Source of the DNA: Clostridia bacterium
GTDB taxonomy: Bacteria; Bacillota; Peptococcia; DRI-13; PHAD01
Length of the DNA: 58,503 nucleotides
Assembly (NCBI GenBank): GCA_034003745.1
Contig: JAVEYA010000004.1
Coordinates: forward strand, 1-58,503
Direction of reading: 5' to 3'
Shown here: positions 9,816 through 21,239 of the stretch, piece by piece
Numbering within the stretch: position 1 is the stretch's first letter
How the letters are laid out: each line of letters begins with the position of its first letter
Position numbers and translations under genes: made by a program
The notes under the pieces: model-generated
Seen by the model: only the letters and a program-made list of their open reading frames with translations
The model's database searches: none
What the model was told of the DNA's origin: nothing

Positions 9816-12800
9816 CTAGTTGCGTTTGCCCGGGGACAGACGCAGTATCTTCTTGGGATAGATCGGTTTATTAATACCGGCTAATAATTTGGCCTCCGGC
9901 TCCCCTAAAACGCTGCCGGCAAATTCCGCGAACGCTTCTTCCTCCTCCAAGCCTTCCAGGTAGCGCACTGAATCGGTCAAATCCAGTTTTCCCGGAGGGG
10001 GCGGGGCAAAATGGATAAAACGTTTGCCGCCTTCGACCTCGCGCAGGAGCAAGCCCATCTCTTCCAGAATAGCCAGCGCCGCGGAAGCCGTCTGTTCACG
10101 GAAATTTTTCACACCCGCCTTTTGCATGGCCTCCTTGAGTTCGGCATTGGTCAGGACCAGGGGATTTGTTTCCTTCGCTTTGTCCCGCAGCAATACATAT
10201 AATTTGCCCAGGAGCTCGCGGGAAGGAGCCGCACTCTCCAAAATCAGCTCATTTAAGGTTCTGTCTCTTTCCCCAAAGAGGATATGAATATAGGCTTCCT
10301 CATTGTTGCGTCCCGCCCGCCCGGACAGCTGGTTGAATTCAGCGTGGGAGAAGCTCAGGTGATACAATACCACGTGCCTGATATCCGGTATATCGATCCC
10401 CTCGCCAAAGGCGCTGGTCGTAACCATTACGCGCAATTCACCGGAGCGGAACATTTCCTCCAGGCTCTTCCTGTACTCGCTGTGCAGGCCGCCGTGATAA
10501 AAACCGATTTCTTCTTTGGCCGGCGGGTAATAGCTTCTAAGATCGGAGGCCAGCTGATAAGCCTGCCTGCGGCTGTTCACATAAATAACAATTTTCTCTC
10601 CCCGGGCGGTCAACTCCAGCAAATAGGCCAGTTTATCCCTCTCCCCCCGGCGGTCGGTCAGCCGGAGATTGGTCCGGACATGTTCTTCGATTATGGCGCT
10701 TTCACACAAAAGCGTATCCGCAATTCTTTGCGCCGTTTCGTCATCAGCGGTAGCGGTAACCGCCAGCGCCAACGGCCGGCCTAATCTTTCCCAGCTCGAT
10801 TTCAGCATCCGGTAGCCGCGGCGCTTGCCTTTAGCCAGATGATGCGCCTCATCTACTACAAAGAAACCAATTTTATGCTGGATAAGAGCGAATTTATCGA
10901 CATGAAAGGAGAGAAATTCCGGCGTTGTCAGCACAATATCGATCTCGCCGCGTCCCAGCCGTACAAAAAAATCCTGTTTTTCTCCCAGATTCATGGAACC
11001 GGTAATCGCTTCGGCGGTTACCCCCAGCGGCGCCATTTTCAAGCGCAGGCGCTGCAATTGGTCGTTGACCAGGGAGCGCAGCGGATAGACGATAACGCTG
11101 ACTTGATTCTTCACCAGCGCAAGGTGGGCGCCCATACTTTGAAAGATTGCCGATTTGCCCCGGCCTGTAGCGAGTATGGCCAGCGTATTGCGGCCTGCCT
11201 GCAGTTCCTGCAGCGCTTCCTCTTGTTTGGGATGATAGGGAAGAGCGCCGATAACAGCCTGACGAATCTTTGGGGCCAATTCTTCCGGTGTAAGTTTCTG
11301 CAGCTCCGTCCTGGCCTGTTGCAGGGAAACTTTATCCGTCTCCCGGGTGGTTCTTTTAATACATAAATTTAAGCCCAGCGTATCTTTATCCCGCCCTGTC
11401 ACCTGGGTCACAAAGGCTTCATAGCGAGCTCCCGCATCGATAACCGGAGCAAGGACCCTGCTCAGGCAGGCATTCAGATAGCCGGCCTGTTCCCCTTGCC
11501 AGAAGACCGCTACGGCATTGGCGTCATATTCATTCAAAGGCTCCCGCACAAGCTCCGCCGAGTCCCCGTCCTGTATCCGGCTGAGCACGCTCTGGCGTTC
11601 GGCAAAAGTTACGCCCACCGCTTTGGTGAAAAATTCCTCACGGTTGATAATATCACGGTAATAATCATCCTCCAGCCAAATTTCGCCTTCGGCATATAAC
11701 CTGTCTAAAAAAGACAGGGGTATGTAAGGATTGTCCCTTTCTAGGGCAGGCTTGAGGTCCTTGATGATCAGCTGCAGCCTGGAATGTCCCCTGTATGTAT
11801 TCAGCTCCGGCACAACAGCCAAGTCGTACCCGTCGGAAGAAACCAGCGCCCCCTTATAGGCGCCCTTTTGAAAGGCAATCCCGTCCAGATACCCGTCGTC
11901 CCCCAGAACCCTCATCTTTAAATGGTTCTTTTTGCTGCCTACTTCTTTGCAGTGGGCCAGTTGTTTATTCCTTAATATCAACAGCGGACAAGGATTATGA
12001 TAACCGAAAGGCGCCAGCATTGCAATCTCTTCCGCCAAAGCGCGCGAGAGCTCCGGCCACAAGACTTCGCAATCCGCTTTTAGAACAGGAATCAGGTCCT
12101 TTTCCGTCAACGTCTCCTCTGCATACCGATTTAAGGATTCCCGGAAGGCAGGAATCTGCGCTTCTTCCAGCGATAAACCGGCCGCCATTCCATGTCCGCC
12201 GAAATTGAGCAGGTAGTTTTTATGCCGTTGCAGGGATTCAAAGAGATTGAAGCCGGGAATGCTGCGGCCCGAACCCTTGCCGACGCCATCCTCGACGGAA
12301 ATGACCAGCGCCGGGCGGTAAAACTTATCTACCAGCCGTGAGGCGACAATGCCGATGACCCCATGGTGCCAGTTCTGCCCAGCCAGGACAATCACCTTAT
12401 CTCTGGCCAGGTCGACCTGCTCTTCCAGCAAGGCTAAAGCTTGTTCTAAAATATTCGTTTCCAGCTCCTGGCGGGCTCTATTCTCAGAATCCAGCGCGCA
12501 GGCTATTTCTTGCGCCGCTGCAGTGTCTGCGGTAATCAAAAGTTCCACCGCTTTGTCGGCCTTGCCTAATCTGCCGCTGGCATTCAGTCGGGGCGCAATG
12601 AAATACCCGATGGCCTCGCTGTTTACTTCATAGTTATTATTCCCACTGACTGCCAGTAAAGCCGCTACACCCGGCCTGGCCGAATTCTGCAGTCTTTTCA
12701 GGCCTTCTTTGACCAAAATTCTATTCTCATTCCTTAAAGGGACAATATCGGCGATGGTCCCCAGCGCTACCAGGTCCAGGAGTTCCAGGCAATACGCCTC

Positions 12801-13442
12801 CAGGCCGAAGGGTTTCCCCAGCGCCTGGGCCAGCTTAAAGGCGACCCCCACCCCGGCCAGTTCCGACCAGGGCTGAAGAGAATCCGCAAGTTTAGGATTG
12901 ATAATGGCTTGTGCCTGGGGCAATATTTCCGGCGGCTCATGGTGGTCGGTAATTACCATTTCCAGCCCCAGGGAAGAAGCGTATCGTACTTCCTCCACCG
13001 CGGCGATACCGCAGTCCACCGTCAGCACCAAGTCTATGCCTTGCGCTTTTGCTTTGTCCAGCGCCTCTATGTTTAAGCCGTAGCCTTCTTCCAAACGCTG
13101 GGGGATATAATAACTGACCCGGCCTCCCGCCTGCTGTAAAAAACTATACAGGACAGCTACTGCGGTAATACCATCCACATCGTAGTCCCCATAAATCAGG
13201 ATATGCTCTCCTTGGGTAATCGCCTGATAAACGCGGGCCATTCCTTCCTGCATACCCGGCAGGACCAGTGGGTCCTGCAGATCATCCATATTCGCGCGCA
13301 AAAATGCCTTTACCGCATCCGCGGATTTAAACCCCCTATTTCCTAAAACCCTCGCCAGGACGGCGGATATTCCCAATTCTTTGCTTAACGACAAGACGGC
13401 TTGGTCCGTTGTTCCGATTTGCCAAATTTGTTTCTCTCGCAT
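9816..13442 (-). CDS. recJ: RecJ 5'-3' ssDNA exonuclease fused to a HIRAN-like domain and a RecQ-like SF2 helicase (single 1208-aa ORF)
   Basis: aa 1-565 (nt 11748-13442): DHH/DHHA1 motifs DYDVDG, VDCG, ITDHH, GTIADIV, GGHGMAAG, plus an OB-like tail. aa ~604-697 (nt 11352-11633): VGVTF..RQ, REPLNEYDANAV, GYL (HIRAN-like). aa ~735-1050 (nt ~10263-11240): ATGRGKS, VVDEAHHL, VTATA, FYHGGL, QLSGRAGR. aa ~1080-1150: wHTH-like. Confidence 0.9.
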   Translation of the reverse strand: MREKQIWQIGTTDQAVLSLSKELGISAVLARVLGNRGFKSADAVKAFLRANMDDLQDPLVLPGMQEGMARVYQAITQGEHILIYGDYDVDGITAVAVLYSFLQQAGGRVSYYIPQRLEEGYGLNIEALDKAKAQGIDLVLTVDCGIAAVEEVRYASSLGLEMVITDHHEPPEILPQAQAIINPKLADSLQPWSELAGVGVAFKLAQALGKPFGLEAYCLELLDLVALGTIADIVPLRNENRILVKEGLKRLQNSARPGVAALLAVSGNNNYEVNSEAIGYFIAPRLNASGRLGKADKAVELLITADTAAAQEIACALDSENRARQELETNILEQALALLEEQVDLARDKVIVLAGQNWHHGVIGIVASRLVDKFYRPALVISVEDGVGKGSGRSIPGFNLFESLQRHKNYLLNFGGHGMAAGLSLEEAQIPAFRESLNRYAEETLTEKDLIPVLKADCEVLWPELSRALAEEIAMLAPFGYHNPCPLLILRNKQLAHCKEVGSKKNHLKMRVLGDDGYLDGIAFQKGAYKGALVSSDGYDLAVVPELNTYRGHSRLQLIIKDLKPALERDNPYIPLSFLDRLYAEGEIWLEDDYYRDIINREEFFTKAVGVTFAERQSVLSRIQDGDSAELVREPLNEYDANAVAVFWQGEQAGYLNACLSRVLAPVIDAGARYEAFVTQVTGRDKDTLGLNLCIKRTTRETDKVSLQQARTELQKLTPEELAPKIRQAVIGALPYHPKQEEALQELQAGRNTLAILATGRGKSAIFQSMGAHLALVKNQVSVIVYPLRSLVNDQLQRLRLKMAPLGVTAEAITGSMNLGEKQDFFVRLGRGEIDIVLTTPEFLSFHVDKFALIQHKIGFFVVDEAHHLAKGKRRGYRMLKSSWERLGRPLALAVTATADDETAQRIADTLLCESAIIEEHVRTNLRLTDRRGERDKLAYLLELTARGEKIVIYVNSRRQAYQLASDLRSYYPPAKEEIGFYHGGLHSEYRKSLEEMFRSGELRVMVTTSAFGEGIDIPDIRHVVLYHLSFSHAEFNQLSGRAGRNNEEAYIHILFGERDRTLNELILESAAPSRELLGKLYVLLRDKAKETNPLVLTNAELKEAMQKAGVKNFREQTASAALAILEEMGLLLREVEGGKRFIHFAPPPPGKLDLTDSVRYLEGLEEEEAFAEFAGSVLGEPEAKLLAGINKPIYPKKILRLSPGKRN

Positions 13443-13487
13443 CTTTTTCTCCCTGCAGGTAAGGCTACACCCTTATTTGTGTATTAT

Positions 13488-13515
13488 GAAAAGAAGAGAC
13501 CGGCGTCTCTTCTTT
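13488..13515 (-). terminator. Rho-independent terminator after the LapA-domain gene
   Basis: aaagaagagac / cggc loop / gtctcttcttt, running into T residues on the minus strand. Confidence 0.55.
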
Positions 13516-13538
13516 CACTGGCGTTTGTCCACAATTTT

Positions 13539-13928
13539 TTATACTGTTTTGCTTCCCCCGGATTCTGTTTCTGAAACGGTCTCCGGCTTAATTCCTTCAT
13601 TCCCGGCACTTTCGGCTCCCGCCGTATTCTTCGGCTCAGTCTGCCCTGCGCAGGTGTTGAGCTTCTCTTCCAGCTTCTTCACTTGCTTTTCCAGTTCATC
13701 CTTACGGTGATTCAGCTGCCGTATCTTCATCCAGGCGCCGACCTGCTTGAACAGGCCGAAAAAGTACAATACCAATGCGCCGGCCACGGCGGCCCCCAGT
13801 AAGACCAGCACCAGCGAAACGGAAAACGACCATGTTAAAAAATTAATCGACACCACTTCCGTATTCTGTACGGCAAATGTTGCCACCAACAACGAAAATA
13901 TCAAAGCGCTAATGAGATAAATTTGCAT
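13539..13928 (-). CDS. LapA-domain (DUF1049) membrane protein with a C-terminal coiled coil
   Basis: 129 aa with two N-terminal TM helices (VQNTEVVSINFL...), then a charged heptad region (KDELEKQVKKLEEKL). Confidence 0.7.
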   Translation of the reverse strand: MQIYLISALIFSLLVATFAVQNTEVVSINFLTWSFSVSLVLVLLGAAVAGALVLYFFGLFKQVGAWMKIRQLNHRKDELEKQVKKLEEKLNTCAGQTEPKNTAGAESAGNEGIKPETVSETESGGSKTV

Positions 13929-13993
13929 TTTCTCACCTCTTTCTAAAGAAATATTCGCCTAAATTCCTCATATTCCTGCAATAAAGAAAACTT

Positions 13994-14067
13994 GGCTTCG
14001 CCGAGCCCTGCAACGGCGAAGCCTTCATTGCATATAAAAATCCCGTCCGCCTAAGCGAACGGGATTT
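13994..14067 (-). terminator. Two tandem hairpins downstream of secF
   Basis: aaatcccgt/acgggattt (14038-14067) is followed by TTTT on the minus strand. A second 10-bp GC-rich stem, ggcttcgccg/cggcgaagcc, lies at 13994-14023. Confidence 0.55.
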
Positions 14068-14073
14068 CTATAT

Positions 14074-15021
14074 TTACGCTCTCGAAGCCCTTAAAGCCTT
14101 TTTCGTTTTCTTCTTGTGCTCCTGCCACATGGTCCAGAGCGGACCGGCAATACAAATCGTGGAGTAGCAGCCGGAGACGATACCGAACATCATCGGCAGG
14201 GCAAATGCCCTGATGGAACTGATATCGTACATCTGGGCGAAGATATAGACTACGGTAATGCTCACAAACACGGCAAGGTTCGTATTGATCGAGCGGGACA
14301 TAGACTGGGTAATGCTCAAATTGACCAGTTCGTCCACCGGGACTTTATTGCCCAAAAGACGTTCGTTCTCCCGGATCCGGTCATAAATAACAATCGTATC
14401 GTTGATGGAAAAACCAATGATGGTCAATATGGCCGCGATAAACGAATCACTGATGGGGATTTTAAAAATAATAAATACCGCGGTTACGATCAAAGCATCG
14501 TGGAGTAAGGCTACAATAGCCATGGCCCCTGCGGAAAGACCGCCGATTTTACGGAAACGGACCCCCACGTAAACGAGAATAAGCAGGAAGGAAAGGGCGA
14601 TGGCAATCATTCCGTTGGTAAAAAATCTTCGTCCGATAAAGGGTTCTACCGTCAGCGATTCGGACAGGGTGAACTGGACGTCCGGGAAAGCCTTGGTCAA
14701 AGCGGCGGTAACGGATTCCTGTTCCTGGGAAGTCAGCGCTTCATTGCTGGGCAGGCTGACAATCAGCTTCTGTTCCGTCTGGGCCAGGTTCGTCTGCGTC
14801 TGGGCATTGGTCACCCGGCTCAACTCTTCACCGACAAGCTGGCCGGCTTGTTCGGCGTCAACGGTTCCCGTATAGGTGTATTTCAGGATACTGCCGCCCC
14901 GGAACTGGATATCCAGCTGCAGGCCGTTTAGAAAAATGGCCGCTACGCCAATCAACATCAAGCAAATGGAAATCGCAAAGAAAATCTTGCGGTATTGGTA
15001 GAATTTAATCACTTTATTCAT
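14074..15021 (-). CDS. secF: Protein translocase subunit SecF
   Basis: 315 aa, 6-TM SecF topology, conserved FSINDTIVIYDRIRE. Overlaps the secD stop by 4 nt. Confidence 0.93.
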   Translation of the reverse strand: MNKVIKFYQYRKIFFAISICLMLIGVAAIFLNGLQLDIQFRGGSILKYTYTGTVDAEQAGQLVGEELSRVTNAQTQTNLAQTEQKLIVSLPSNEALTSQEQESVTAALTKAFPDVQFTLSESLTVEPFIGRRFFTNGMIAIALSFLLILVYVGVRFRKIGGLSAGAMAIVALLHDALIVTAVFIIFKIPISDSFIAAILTIIGFSINDTIVIYDRIRENERLLGNKVPVDELVNLSITQSMSRSINTNLAVFVSITVVYIFAQMYDISSIRAFALPMMFGIVSGCYSTICIAGPLWTMWQEHKKKTKKALRASRA

Positions 15022-16274
15022 TGGGGCACCCTCCTCGCGCCGTAGTACTGAGGCTTACGGAAAACCGTAAAATTGCTTAAGGACCGGATCATCAGGCGGG
15101 AAGCCGTAATGCCGGCTACAAAGTTCATAATTACGCCGCACAATAGGGTGTAACCGAAGGAGAGCATCGCGCCGGAACCGAAAATAATCAGAATCACCGC
15201 TACAATAATCACCGTAATATTGCCGTCGAAAACCGAGGAAAAAGCCCTTTCAAAGCCGGCGTCAATGGCCCGGCGCAGGGATTTTCCCGTATTAATCTCT
15301 TCTTTAATCCGTTCGGAAACGATAACATTGGCATCCACGCCCATCCCGATGGAAAGAATAACCCCGGCAATACCGGGCAGGGTCAGGGTAAATTGGGGGA
15401 CGGAAAGGGCCAGTAACTGCCCGGATACCTGTAACAGTAAGGCGATACAAGCCACCAGACCGGGCAGGCGGTAATAAAACAGCATAAACAGACAAACCAA
15501 AACCAGCGCAATCTCCCCGGCCAGGACCATCACGTCCAGCGCATTGCTGCCCAGGGTCGGGCTAATAATATTGGAATTCTTGACCTCCAGGGAGAAAGGC
15601 AGGGCGCCGGCATTGATTCTATCGGATAAATCCTTGGCGGCCTGCAGGCTTTCCATATGGGTAATCTCCGCCCGTCCGCCCGAGATCTGCTGCTGCACAG
15701 TCGGGGCGGAGATAATCATCTCATCCATTAAGATATAAATCGGCTGACCAATCAACCGGCCGGTGGCTTCGGCAAACTTTTCCGCCCCCGCGGCGGACAG
15801 CTCCAGGGCAACGAGAGGCTGGTTAGACTGGTTCATTTGCGGGGAAGTATTGACGACGTCAGCTCCCTCCAGGACGATATTCCCCTCCGGGTCCCGGAAG
15901 GTCAGCCTGGCTGTTTCCCCTAATTCCGAAACAGCCTTTTGCGGGTCAAAATCAGTTTCATCGGATTTCCAGGGGAAACGGACGATGATATTGCCGTTCG
16001 TCGTATCTATGGTCACATCGCGGTCGGTGATATTTTGACCGTCCATCCGGGTCTCAATAATCGCCCGGGCTGATTCCAGTTCGCCGGCAGTCGGCGCACG
16101 GTCCAAATCCTTAGGTTCGTAAGTAGCGTCAACGCCGCCGCGGATATCAATCCCAAACCGCATCTGGTCCGCGCCTTTTATTTCATAATTGCCGATTTTC
16201 AATCCGAAAATAGCAAGATAAAGAATAATTCCGGTAATCAGCGCGGTGGCAAAAAATATCCATTTCCTGTTCAC
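15018..16274 (-). CDS. secD: Protein translocase subunit SecD
   Basis: 418 aa. N-terminal TM helix, periplasmic-type domain (GIDIRGG), C-terminal 5 TM with GMGVDANVIVSERIKEE. GTG start with GGAGGA upstream. Confidence 0.93.
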   Translation of the reverse strand: MNRKWIFFATALITGIILYLAIFGLKIGNYEIKGADQMRFGIDIRGGVDATYEPKDLDRAPTAGELESARAIIETRMDGQNITDRDVTIDTTNGNIIVRFPWKSDETDFDPQKAVSELGETARLTFRDPEGNIVLEGADVVNTSPQMNQSNQPLVALELSAAGAEKFAEATGRLIGQPIYILMDEMIISAPTVQQQISGGRAEITHMESLQAAKDLSDRINAGALPFSLEVKNSNIISPTLGSNALDVMVLAGEIALVLVCLFMLFYYRLPGLVACIALLLQVSGQLLALSVPQFTLTLPGIAGVILSIGMGVDANVIVSERIKEEINTGKSLRRAIDAGFERAFSSVFDGNITVIIVAVILIIFGSGAMLSFGYTLLCGVIMNFVAGITASRLMIRSLSNFTVFRKPQYYGARRVPQ

Positions 16275-16372
16275 ATCAACATTCCTCCTTGGGAGAGATT
16301 AAATCTTTCAACCATACTGAATAATTATATTCCTATGAACCCAAGCCTGTCAAATAGCGAATCTTGTTACTC

Positions 16373-17032
16373 TCACAAAAGCTTGGCATTATTGATAATA
16401 ATGGAAAAATACGCGTCTAAAAATTGGGCTGCCTTGCGGCACATCAGCATCCTCTTTAAAAATATCTCGAAATACTCAATAACCGGTACGATGGTAGTCT
16501 CAATTGTAAGTTGCAGGGTCATCAGCCGGCCTGCCCCATCCACGTCAAAATCAGAATCGACGACCGCGTAGTTGACCCGGTCATGGATATCGAACTTGGC
16601 ATAATCATGATTGCGTACCCGGGAGCGGTGCACATCGGTCTTATCAGCTAGAACCAACGCCGCAGTCACAGCATTGGCTATTTCGTTGGAATCTTCGTCG
16701 TGATTGCCTATTGCCGCAATAATCAGCGCGATTTCTTCACAGTCCATGCCCAGACGCTTCAACTGTTCATACGCCAGCATAGCGCCGTGGTAGTTATGTC
16801 CCTTTCTGCTGATCACATTGCCGATATCGTGTAAATATCCGGCGATAGCGGCCAATTCAGCCATACGCGGGGGATAATCCAGTTTCAGCATGATTTCTTC
16901 GGCTTTGGCGGAAACGATGTTCAGATGGCGGAAGCTGTGGTCGGTATAGCCAAGTATACCTAAGTGCTGATTGGCCATCTCAATGTAACAGTTGATCTCT
17001 TTGTCCCTTTTAACCTCTTCCAGAGAAAGCAT
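16373..17032 (-). CDS. HD-domain phosphohydrolase
   Basis: H...HD motif (FRHLN..., YLHDIGN, GNHDED). Start set to ATG MLSLEEV, which has GGTGAGGG upstream. The listed TTG at 17050 lies inside that RBS. Confidence 0.8.
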   Translation of the reverse strand: MLSLEEVKRDKEINCYIEMANQHLGILGYTDHSFRHLNIVSAKAEEIMLKLDYPPRMAELAAIAGYLHDIGNVISRKGHNYHGAMLAYEQLKRLGMDCEEIALIIAAIGNHDEDSNEIANAVTAALVLADKTDVHRSRVRNHDYAKFDIHDRVNYAVVDSDFDVDGAGRLMTLQLTIETTIVPVIEYFEIFLKRMLMCRKAAQFLDAYFSIIINNAKLL

Positions 17033-17166
17033 ACCCTCACCTATTACCAAAAAAATTATTGGTAATAGTATGGCCGGGCCTTCATAGAATAACTCAAAAC
17101 AAAAGAAGAGATATCTGGAAAAACCTTTCCTAATCCCTTCTTAGCGGCAAGTATATATTCTTGGCC

Positions 17167-17466
17167 TTATTCTTCGACGGTTTCCTGTATTTCCGCTTCC
17201 GTCTCTTCCTCTACTTCCTTTGCTTTGATAAACGCGATGGAAGTACGCTGCATAGTAATTTTCACGCCCTGCGCCACTTCCAATACAACTTCCTCATCGC
17301 TCAGCGCTGTAATTTCTCCGTGGATACCGCCTATCGTAACAACTTCATGGCCTATTTTCAAGCTATCCAGCAGCTCCTGACGCTGCTTTTTCTGCTTTTG
17401 CTGCGGCCGGATCATCATAAAATACATGATCGCCATTAATGCGACTAACCAGACAATACTGTTCAT
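17167..17466 (-). CDS. yajC: Preprotein translocase subunit YajC
   Basis: 99 aa, single TM helix, then MIRPQQKQ...GDEVVTIGGIHG-type motif (GHEVVTIGGIHGEI). Confidence 0.9.
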   Translation of the reverse strand: MNSIVWLVALMAIMYFMMIRPQQKQKKQRQELLDSLKIGHEVVTIGGIHGEITALSDEEVVLEVAQGVKITMQRTSIAFIKAKEVEEETEAEIQETVEE

Positions 17467-17499
17467 TCATTGACCCCCTAGTATAATTTCTTTGTCCTA

Positions 17500-19641
<2,142 letters not shown>

Positions 19642-19655
<14 letters not shown>

Positions 19656-21117
19656 ATGCTTTCACCACTAAACGCCCGTCATAATAGTTCTGGTTATAGA
19701 AATGTTCGAGAATACTGCGGTAATCCTTTCCGTTAGCAGCCATGCCCATCGCTCCCCACTGGCTCATCCCCACTCCATGGCCGTTGCCGTTTCCTTTGAT
19801 GGTCAAGGTGGTGTAGGACTTGGGCATCTCTTGAACGCCGGAAGCGGTGAGCAGATAATACTTGCCGTTATTCCCGTTAAGTTTGCCGATCTCGCCGTCC
19901 ACATTGATACCCAGCAGGTCCCCGGCCTGGTTAAATGAAGCCAGTGAACCGAAGGCGTCCCAGACCTGAATAGAAGAATCAAAACAGAGCTGGAACAAGG
20001 TGCTTCTTAACTCAAAGACAGCGCGGATACCGTCGCGAAAAAAACTCTTGACCCCGTTGGAACCGACGAAATCCAACTGCGTGACTCTGCCGGAGGCCGT
20101 ATCCTTCGAGAGATACCCCTTGGTTACGGGGTCGACAGCCTGACGACGCGCCACAATATCTTGCAGTGTTCCCACATTGATTTTTTCCTGAGAATTGGAG
20201 GCATTCCATTTATTTATTCTATCCAGAAGTTCCTGTTTCGTATAACTCTTTTCCCATTGATACGTGTTGGCCGGCCAGCCCTGACTCTGTGATACGTTGA
20301 GTACATAAGCGTCCTCAGGCGTAGCCACCGGTCTGAGGTAAGGGAGCTGCGCCGACCAGACATTCTCGCAGCTTTCCGTATAGCCGCCGGAGTTGGAGTG
20401 GAAAAAGGGTTGAATCAGCTGATTGTCAAAATACACGGCCAGATGGGCGGTGGCGTCCACAGCGGATTTGACGGCTTCCCCGCCGTTTAATTCCCCCTCA
20501 TACCCGGCATAGACTTGCGTCTGCTGGTCCATGCCGATATCATAATTCAATTGGGGATACTGCTTGCGGTATAAGGCATAGGTCCTGGATACCACAGCCT
20601 GCGCCTTGTAGGCTTCCGGCAAGGCTTTGAAGCCTAGTTCCGGACCCACTACGCCATAGAGATATTGTTCCAATTTAACAACATTGATGACATGAATACT
20701 GCCGTTTACATTTTCCAACAGGAGGTCTCCGCGGTAACGAGTGTTCTTATACTGAAACAGGTTTAACCCATCCGGCTCTTTCTGCCGCAGCATAACGATG
20801 GAACCGGCGTGATTCTGAACGCCCTGCGCGCTGTTCGCTATCTGGATATTCTGATTCCCCAGGGGTGCGACCAGCCAAACGCCGTCTCCTGCCGAAGGGC
20901 TGATGACCCGCTGGGTAGCGTAATCGATAAGTTCATACGCGCCCATGTTAACGGAAAATTCACCGGAACTTAAATTCAGCGCCAGCGCTACCCGGATGGA
21001 GCCCTGCGGGCAGGAAAATGCGGCCGTAGCCACCGTGGGATGATGTAATAATCCGGTAAGCAAAAAAATAAACAGGGTCACCGGCAATATGAAAGAGGGT
21101 TTAGCACATCTGGACAT
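19642..21117 (-). CDS. SpoIID/LytB-domain protein (secreted lytic transglycosylase-like)
   Basis: Signal/TM at the N-terminus. SpoIID core motifs EAYKAQAVVSRTYA and FHSNSGGYTE. C-terminal GHGVGMSQWGA. Start set to the ATG after GGAGGA; the listed TTG at 21132 is the alternative. Confidence 0.85.
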
Positions 21118-21178
21118 GATTCCTCCAGTCAAAAAAACATTATATTGGTAATTTCGACAGTTTTATCCCATATTCCTG

Positions 21179-21211
21179 CAAAAAATAGGCCGCAGTTGTG
21201 AAACTGCGGCC
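21179..21211 (-). terminator. Rho-independent terminator after rsgI
   Basis: ggccgcagt / tgtgaa / actgcggcc, followed by TATTTTTT on the minus strand. Confidence 0.65.
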
Positions 21212-21239
21212 AGGGAGCCTAAAGACGAGAACCGCTGCA

